This document shows, one piece after another, positions 46,710 through 54,495 of a stretch of DNA of 54,495 nucleotides. Position numbers and translations under genes: made by a program. Origin of the DNA: Mesotaenium endlicherianum (taxonomy: Eukaryota). How positions within the stretch are numbered: position 1 is the first letter of the stretch; each line of letters begins with the position of its first letter. A model generated the notes under the pieces. The model was not told the DNA's origin and did not search any database. It worked only from the letters and a program-made list of their open reading frames with translations. The stretch is from positions 32,412 to 86,906 of the forward strand of contig WELA01000281.1 of the NCBI GenBank assembly GCA_009602735.1, written 5' to 3'.

Positions 46710-48747
46710 GCGGCCCCCTCTCCCTGTGCCTCTCCCCCCTCCCCAACGGTGGTGGGGGTGGATGGCACAGGCGGGGCTAGGGGTCCCCTTATCTGAAGGG
46801 ACCGCGGAAGACAGGTGGCAGGACAGGTGGACAGGTGGCAGGACCCTGCCGGTTGTTGCGAAGATGAAGGGGAGTGTAGTTTGGAGTTCTGAGTACGCGC
46901 GTCAAGGACATACGTTTGCGGCGCGTGTCACGAGCAGTGCAGCAGGTGAAGAGGCGAAGAAGCCAGTCGGGGAAGAGTGGGGGGCGCGAATGTGGTGCTG
47001 GGAGGGCTGCCAGGTGGCGTCATGGTATTTGCTTGTTTTTTTCTTTTGGCTAGGTGAAGCTTTGTAGGCTGAACTAGGCTGTAGTATACAATTAGGCATA
47101 GAGCTGTGTGGGACGATGTAGGTAATAATGAATATAGTAGTAGTCGGAGTTGAGATGCTGACAGGTGTGCTTCTTATGCCTGCCTTGCATTAAGTGCGCA
47201 CCAAGCGAGTTGATTGAGGCAGCTGCAAGCAAATGATGGTCTTGTGTCTGGAGATGGTATTTTTAAGGAGATATGAGTGAGTAGGTTGCTTGCTGTTGGA
47301 GGTATAATGTGTGTTCTTGCTACGACGTATTATCGCTGTTAATGGATGCAATGCCAACGTCTCGCCGTTCTTGTTTCAGACTAAGTGTTCAAATTTTGCA
47401 ACACTTCAGATATGACACATGTAATGCGGTGGTAATGTATGGAAGAGCGCCACCAAGAGCTGAACTCTTCTTTGAACTCTAGGTTGACTTCATTCATAAA
47501 CTTCTGAATTACCTGGGATATATATTCGTAATCTTTGTAACCCTCAATATTTGCGAGGTCTGTACGCAGCGATTGGCGAAACAGCATGCTTGCAAATTAA
47601 GTAAAGCCCTATATCATTGTGCATATGTGCACCTCTGCCATGAAGGCAATTGGAATGAGGTCACAATCTTCATTCACTCTCTCTCTTCCAGTGAGGAGAG
47701 CACAGTCTTGCCTCCTTCCAAAGCATCATCACGTCGACAAATTCTTCCAAGAAACTCGTCAGGTAGCAGGTAAAGGCATACTTGAAAGGGCCTGCCTACT
47801 CACTTGTTCATGTTCTCACTCATTGTCTGGTGTTTGTGAGTATGCCATCTAGCCCCACGAACGTTACACTGTCCCAATTTGCCATAGCCTTTACTCTTCC
47901 ATTGATGATCATTATCTATTCCGAATAATCCTAGTGTCACCGATCACACTAAGATACTTGCATTACTTTTCAGATGTCACGCCTCATCCTTGCATCCAAA
48001 ACCCTAGCTTCACAAAACACTTACTGTTCTTCAACAATGTGCTCGATCATTATATATATCTTTCTGCATGATTAGTCACATATAAGCATTTCTGAACGTT
48101 CTAACTTGTAATTGTGTATGCCAGTGAGATGCCATACATGTATTCCGAGCACAAATGACCAGCAATTTTAACTAAGATGTCAGCTAGCGCTAAACTCCGG
48201 AAGGGAGCACCCCTGATTGGGCTATTATCTGCATTTCTTTTGGCTCGATTGGAAGCTTGCATATGCTTATTCATGTCAAGACAGTTTGCCAAGATCATAG
48301 ACAGAGGCTCTTTACTACATTCCGCATCCAAAAAAAAACATGTACACTCTTTCTTAAAGCATTAGAGTCACTTCTCCGGAAGTGTGGGCAATAAATACTA
48401 GAGCAGCCAACCTACCTAAGCGTAATTGTATATATCCTATACCTGGCCTCTGCAGGCCGCGCCTACATCTGCAACTAAGATTGTGAATGAAGCAACCTCA
48501 AGAAACATACAAGCCACTCGAAATAACCTAAAAGTATAATGCTATAGCACACCTCTAGCTGTCCTAACTTATGTGCCAGCTTCTTTCACCCCATATCTAG
48601 AGCAGGTACGCTTCGTAACTTTGCCCGAATGGCATGTAAGTCCTCCATATTCCTGGAACACCCTAATGATGAAAATCAGCAGCGTTTGTCTAATCGCAAT
48701 CTACAGGCTATGCTTGGGTTACTGACATAAAACAGACCAATAGCAAT

Positions 48748-50556
48748 TCAATTCTTGCCAAATAAATAACCAAGTGACGAAGGACCCCCAGCAGATCGGC
48801 TGGCGGCTAGTTCCTCCTTACTGAGTTCCTGCAACACAAGAATGATACGACGATAAACTTGCAGAATTATGCACACTCTATCCCGACACTTTATCCACAA
48901 CACACTATCCAAATAACGGACGACATCGACAAATCCAGCAACAAACAAGCAGAATCCCTCATACAAGAATCAGATACCTCCTGGTTACACGCCAACCCAT
49001 CTCCTCCTTGATATGAAGCCAGAAGTATGTCCATCCAGCTTCCCACACTTCTGGCCTGCCAAAGTTAGTATTTGAACTACTGTGGAGCAATCAAGTTCAG
49101 GGTTTTGTCTACTGTGGAGCAGTTAAACTCTGCTTTCGCAAAATCAGGGTTCCTGCTACAAGGACAAAGTTCAAACGTGGCCTCACATCCCTAGGGTTTG
49201 GAGTAACACATGCAAAGCAAAACATGCTGCAGGCCAACTGCTGTCAGGAGTGAAGAAGCATGATGCTGCAGCACCTAAGCGACAGACTGCACAAGCCCAA
49301 GACACCCAGAGGGAAGTGAAGGACACTGTTGTCTGCACTAAACGCAGAAGCAGTGACCCTCCCATGAAGATACAGCGAGTACATGCTAGCAACTTAAGCA
49401 CGCTAAAATTCATGGAAAGAAGATCACAGAGGCTTCAGATGACAAGCTCCAGTGGTGCACAACCAGTGACCAAGAAAAACCCAAAATTCAGTAAGCTGGG
49501 GTTGAAGGGTAAACTAACATTGAAATCAGCCACTTGGCGAGAGGATCCTCAGCACAATAGTACAGCTCATGTTTGCCAGAAAGGGAAAGAAGTATCATAA
49601 ATAAAAGGTATGAAGTGGGACTTATGGGCACTAGATTTGATTTGCTAGGCACTCACTTTTGTGCCACTGCTGTGGTTTGATGTGATGTGGTATGGACTTG
49701 CTACGCCAACTACCCTAGCTTCCTCCCCTTTACTGCTTGAGGAAGGTCTGAAACTGCCAGACATTTGTGGCAGTGGTTCTCCCTCATGGTGGAGGCAATC
49801 ATTTATAGACCTGCAGAGCGTCTGGAAACAAAGTCAACCTCCAGGCAACAAGGCAATGTGTACCTTTTGCATGGTATATGGCTCCTAACTGTTTGAAACC
49901 AGCAAATCTAGATACCTTCCCAATTTCTAAAAGTATTTTGAACCCATACACAAGTCTAAGCATCTGGATTGAATCGGAGGAAGAAGCAAGGACCGACTAT
50001 CAAGCATGAGAGAGCACAAACTATCACTCGTGCCAACCCCAATCATAAAAAAGCCTTCGTGTGACCGACTCAGATAATGGAATAAAGAAATCAGATGACC
50101 CTGTTTGAAAGTGTCATGGGAAATTATGCAGGACAGAAGATACAAGCACACACTTGCTCGCGAAGAGCAGATCATATGCTTAGACACCTGCAGAGCTCTA
50201 AGCAAGCACTATGCATTCCTACAGTAGACCCAATGTCTGTAGAGCCCTACTAGAGAGCTAGTATGAATATGAACAAGGAACCTTCACCTGGTTGGCGTCT
50301 GGTCTTGACGACCTAAAGACGTCCTCCTAAATTCCGGAGAACTTTTACTCGCCTGAGCTTCCAAATAGCCCGTCGTCATGAAGGGCACAGGTGAGCCCCC
50401 TTCACGAACAACTCGATCACTAGCTAAGCCTGCAGCGACATCTTTGCTGACAGGGCTACTTTTAGCTGCTTCAGCCTTCACATTCCCAAAAAGGTAACCC
50501 AAAGAACTCGGCCCACCACCGCAACTCCTTGCCCGCTCGGAGACGGCGTCAGACAT
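48748..50556 (-). CDS. SPR1: SPIRAL1-like small microtubule-associated protein, about 140 aa
   Basis: Exons 50288-50556, 48978-49050, 48748-48828 join in phase (2, then 0). Both ends carry the repeated SPR1 hallmark GGPSSLGYLFG. The middle exon is less certain. Confidence 0.8.
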
Positions 50557-51577
50557 TTAACAAGCTCCGTCGTTCTCACACTGGTTTTCTCTAATGATGT
50601 TAAGCTACCAGTATAGTGACCTTTTACTTTTCACGAGAGCAGGTCGCCCGTCCTTCATGGCCTCACACTCGCTCTAAAAAAACATCCCGAAGATATCCGG
50701 AAACACCACTGGCATCCTTCTGGCATGCACGCCCTAAATAATGACATCTTCCCAATGGCACCCTGTCGTGCCTTCAGTAGATCGGATCTGGAGGACAAAA
50801 GTGCCCGCCCACATTTGTTGACGGCTGTTGGATTCACTTCTCACAGCGACCTTCTGCTGATTGGCTCCACAGACGTGCTCAGGGCTATAAAAGGTTAGAA
50901 GTCATTAGAAGTATGTCATTTACCCTAACGTCAGACATTATTGAATGGGGTAAGGGCTCTTCCCATTTTCATGGCTTAACCAAGGGTTAGAAAATTAAGG
51001 AGAAGTGATGTACCTAACGTAATAAAGCATCTGGTGTCCAACTTGTTGCTTAGCATGCAAAGTCTAAAAGTCGTCGCGAGAGTAGTCAAAAAGCAATAGA
51101 TGCTTTGCGGAAGAGTGCTGATTTTGCTGAAGGATCACCTGGCTGTAAAAGAATGTGTCAAGAATGTGTCAGCAAGCTGACTTAGATAGACTTTACCTTC
51201 TTCCACAGACTGAATAATTACACATAATTATAAGTGATTTTTGGTGAATGAACCTAATTAAGTATAACATCTATCTAAGTTAATATCTAAGTTAATATCT
51301 AATGATGTTATGATTCATTACAACCCCTCTAACTTAAATTGTTGTCGTCTGAACAACACTAAAAGAGGTATGGAGTGACTAGTCTACTTATTACTTGCCT
51401 TCGCAAGCTTGCGCCTCTTGTTTCAACACTGCTGCCTTAGGGTGGGACTTACTAGCAACATCAATCTGTCACCTCCCCCCACCGTCCACTACCTTTGTAA
51501 AATGCAAACAAAGCGACCCTCAGCAAGGCATATTGAAGATTTGTTTAACTTGATTCTTTGCCCTCTGTGAATCTAGA

Positions 51578-52900
51578 TTAAAAGCTAGAGGTGCGAACTC
51601 TATCAACAGGCCTCTTAAAAGCATCGAATTCAGTGAACCTAGGAACTCTAGGAGAATCTTGGAGCAACACCTCAGCCGTCTCCTCTATCACTTTTGCAAC
51701 AATAAGAATAAAGATAAGTCCCCAGCCTGTTGAAAGACATTGGCCATAATACATATTCCCAAAGTTAGAAAGTGCTGCGACCGTCGGGTATTCCTCTACC
51801 TGCAACTCTGGTTGCCCTTGAGGTGGCCTTGTTTGCATGAGTCCAACCCCCAATGGGAGGTCTCCGTGCTGCTATTGCCCAAGACTAGCAGGTCCTTCTC
51901 CTCAAATGCCTTCTTGCGCTGCTCTTGCTGCCGACACTAGTATTCTCTGACCTGCTACTATGGGAAAGACTCCTCCGACTCTTCTCTTGATTGCTTCTCT
52001 CGCTACTCCTCTCCCTCACTTGAGCTAATATTGGATTGTTTATCACTTTACTCTTGCCCATCTTGCTCCTACTCTTCCTCCTCGTCCACATCAAGAATTG
52101 TTGGTTATTGTCCAGTGAGCTGCCAAAATTGTTAAGCTGACATAGAGTGTTAGTAAATTATATGCTCTTTTATGGGAGCTTTTGGCAGCCGCTTGGTGTG
52201 CCCTTGCTCAGATCTATCTGTCCTTGGTTCCTGGCCCACTTTATAAAAGTATGCTTACTCATGGAGAACCAATTTCGTCCTCTGATCTGGAAGCCAATGT
52301 TGCCTTAGTCATATCCTTGTTCGGGCCATCAAGTCTGGATCCTAAGGAGCGATATGAGGTAAGGCGATATGATGATACCCCCTGGATCCCTATGAATGAC
52401 CTATTAAGTGCCCTTGGCACACTCCTTGTTCTCATTAGTAACAGACATCCAGCGCCAGCAAGTAGGCTTAGTAAAGAAAGTTGGGTACAAGGGGAATTCT
52501 GTACTAAAAACAAATCCTGTTCTGCCTCCCTTGCCATATACTCCCAACTCCTCCTTTCGATCTCATTATAAAAGGGCTGGTAGGCGTTCCTATCTGCTGT
52601 ATTTCGAGACCTGTCCGGCTCCATGTTGATCATCCTAATGTCTCTTTGGTTGTCCACTATACGTGGCAGAGGTCTTGCTCGACCTTTCTTTGGATAACCT
52701 ATCTTTGCTTCCTCTGTTGTATACCCCGCCAAGTTGGCAAAATGATCACACAGAACAAGACGTGTAGAATTCTCAGTGTATTTGTCAAGAGCTTCCTCTA
52801 TATATGTCTGCTGGGTTTGTCGTTGTTCATCACGCTTCTTGTCTTGCTCGGCCTCGGAGGCTTCCTTGGGTTGTCAAAGACTTGCCCACCACTGTATACT
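51578..52900 (-). pseudogene. Decayed coding sequence (pseudogene or transposon relic) of unknown family
   Basis: The minus frame 52098-51800 reads ILDVDEEEE*EQDGQE*SDKQSNISSSEGEE*REKQSREESEESFP**QVREY*CRQQEQRKKAFEEKDLL. It is flanked by protein-like ORF pieces 52259..52732 and 51578..51853. Confidence 0.4.
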
Positions 52901-54112
52901 TCCAATGAAACCTATGTTGTTGGATCACTCTTTATACAGCGATCGGTGCTATTAGCCTTGCCTTTTCCTGAAATAACGAAATTCTTTTTGGCCAGCTACA
53001 TGTGAAGGTTAAATAGGACTCACTCTTTGTTATATGTTCATATGAAGAGGTGTCAACAAGTGTGGATGGATGTGAATTAGGGGTTGATCTTCTTTCTAGT
53101 CGTTCCGCACTTTCTGGCTCTTTCGCATCTGGATTTTTAAACTTGGCTTGTTACAGAATCTAGCCAGCTCTATCTAATATCCGTAGATCCTTCAAAACGG
53201 CAAATTCTCACACTCGACCGTAACCAAAGGGAACCGTCGTTTGAGCGCAGATCACGCCTAGATTGGGCCAAAAGCTAGACACATGCTGAACACATGTCGT
53301 CAAAATGCTTGTGAAAAGTCACTTTTGGCACCAGATGGCAGTATTAGAGAGACGTATTTGACACGTGGATAACGAGTGGCAGATGAACATGCAGATGAAG
53401 ATGATCTGCATGACGCACTATGACACGCGGCACATTGCCGGAACAGAATGGAGGCAACTGTGGAACAGCTGTGGAAGCACAGTTGGGCCTGGGGGCAATG
53501 GAGAGCACTCGTTTCTTGCCAATTTTGACGGTCTTTCGCCAAGACACAGGTACTCTCGGAGTCGTTCACTTTTTGTTTAAGCGAACGTAAGGGTAATTTG
53601 AAGTTTGGACATTAAAAAGCTGTCTGGTTGCTTCACACTAGTGCTCCTGAAAGAGACGGTTTTGAGTATTCACTTCTGGCGCATTTGTGACCACCCCACA
53701 AGCGCCACCAAGCTACTGATAGCCTTTTCAACATTTCATCCACGGAAAGTGACGGGTACGCATCGCCCGCTTGATACTACACGTTAACCTGTCACCTTTT
53801 ATATTGAAATGCAAGCATTGGATGGGCCCAAGCTTCTCGTAAACGTAAAGTCTGCACAATTGGATGTGCTCTTTCCTGGTGATCTTTCTTTCAAATTAGG
53901 TCAGGCTGGAGGTCGAGTGCCACGTCTTTGAACATAGTTTTTGAGCGTGTTCACGATTAAGCGAGGAGCCAATCTAAAATCCATCACGAGAAGCTCGCTT
54001 GCTTTATCTCTTTTCTTTCTTGAAATTGGTTGCATCTGGTTAAAATCTGGAATGCTCTTCTTGTTTTACCGTACAGGTGTTCAATCGAGATCAATTTGGC
54101 CGTCATAATAGG

Positions 54113-54472
54113 ATGGCTACCAGCTCAGGGAATGTCGCCCGTAATGAGGTCGGTCAAAGTGAGAGGGCCTCGGTACCAATAGCGCCTCAACCTCCTCCAC
54201 CTGTCGGGAACGAGCACACCCGTAACAAACACGACCTCAGAGACCCGCACTCTACCAAGGAGGACGAGCCAGCTGGTGCAGATGCTTCTATCACAGCACA
54301 GCTGGAGGCAGGAATCTCGCCCGACGAGCCGATTGTGCTGGTGCACGGCACTCTGGACGTGATAGTCTTCGAGGCTAGGGAGCTCCCTAACATGGACAGC
54401 TGTGCGGTCCCCTTTGACCGCTGCTACAGGGGCTGCACTGCGCCCATCCGCAAGCGCGGCCACCATGTCAAG
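54113..54472 (+). CDS. PLD: C2-domain phospholipase D (PLD beta/gamma/delta type), first coding exon; continues past the right edge
   Basis: Open frame from ATG 54113: MATSSGNVARNE...EPIVLVHGTLDVIVFEARELPNMDSCAVPFDRCYRGC...HHVK|gtgggt. LxHGxLDxxxxEAxxLPNMD is the N-terminal C2 motif of plant PLDs. An upstream UTR acceptor lies at cgtacag 54076. Confidence 0.85.
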
Positions 54473-54495
54473 GTGGGTGTCCCCCTCCCCCCCCC

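Noticed and set aside
51800..52098. Alternative genetic code (TAR=Gln) suggested by in-frame TAG/TAA
   Set aside because: The kinesin appears to end in TAG and the conserved exons in this window show no in-frame TAR; decay is the simpler explanation.
54125..54466. 113-aa minus-strand ORF
   Set aside because: Shadow of the plus-strand PLD exon, which carries the recognisable motif.

Overview
Eukaryotic, intron-rich nuclear DNA from a green plant. A streptophyte alga is the likeliest source; this is inferred from the gene set and the GC-rich, microsatellite-packed introns. The assembly is a draft with many N gaps at G/GA tracts. Five genes can be spliced together by hand with consistent phases: (1) a SWI3C/D-type SWI/SNF subunit (minus, 5635 to beyond the left edge; SWIRM + ZZ finger); (2) a giant CENP-E/kinesin-7 gene (minus, 43299-6975, at least 34 exons, about 2590 aa); (3) a divergently transcribed plastid YLMG1/YGGT protein (plus, 44328-46709); (4) a SPIRAL1-like protein (minus, 50556-48748); (5) the first coding exon of a C2-domain phospholipase D (plus, 54113-54472), which the ORF track misses. 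Notable extras: a two-exon DAWDLE/SNIP1 fragment with intact splice sites inside a kinesin intron; decayed tandem 'echoes' of the adjacent exon/intron junction at about 17 splice sites; three GC-AG introns; an over-represented CAGGTGGC octamer; a 14-copy 11-residue repeat in the kinesin stalk; and a decayed E/Q-rich coding relic whose stops look like CAR>TAR changes. Family assignments rest on recalled motifs, not database searches.
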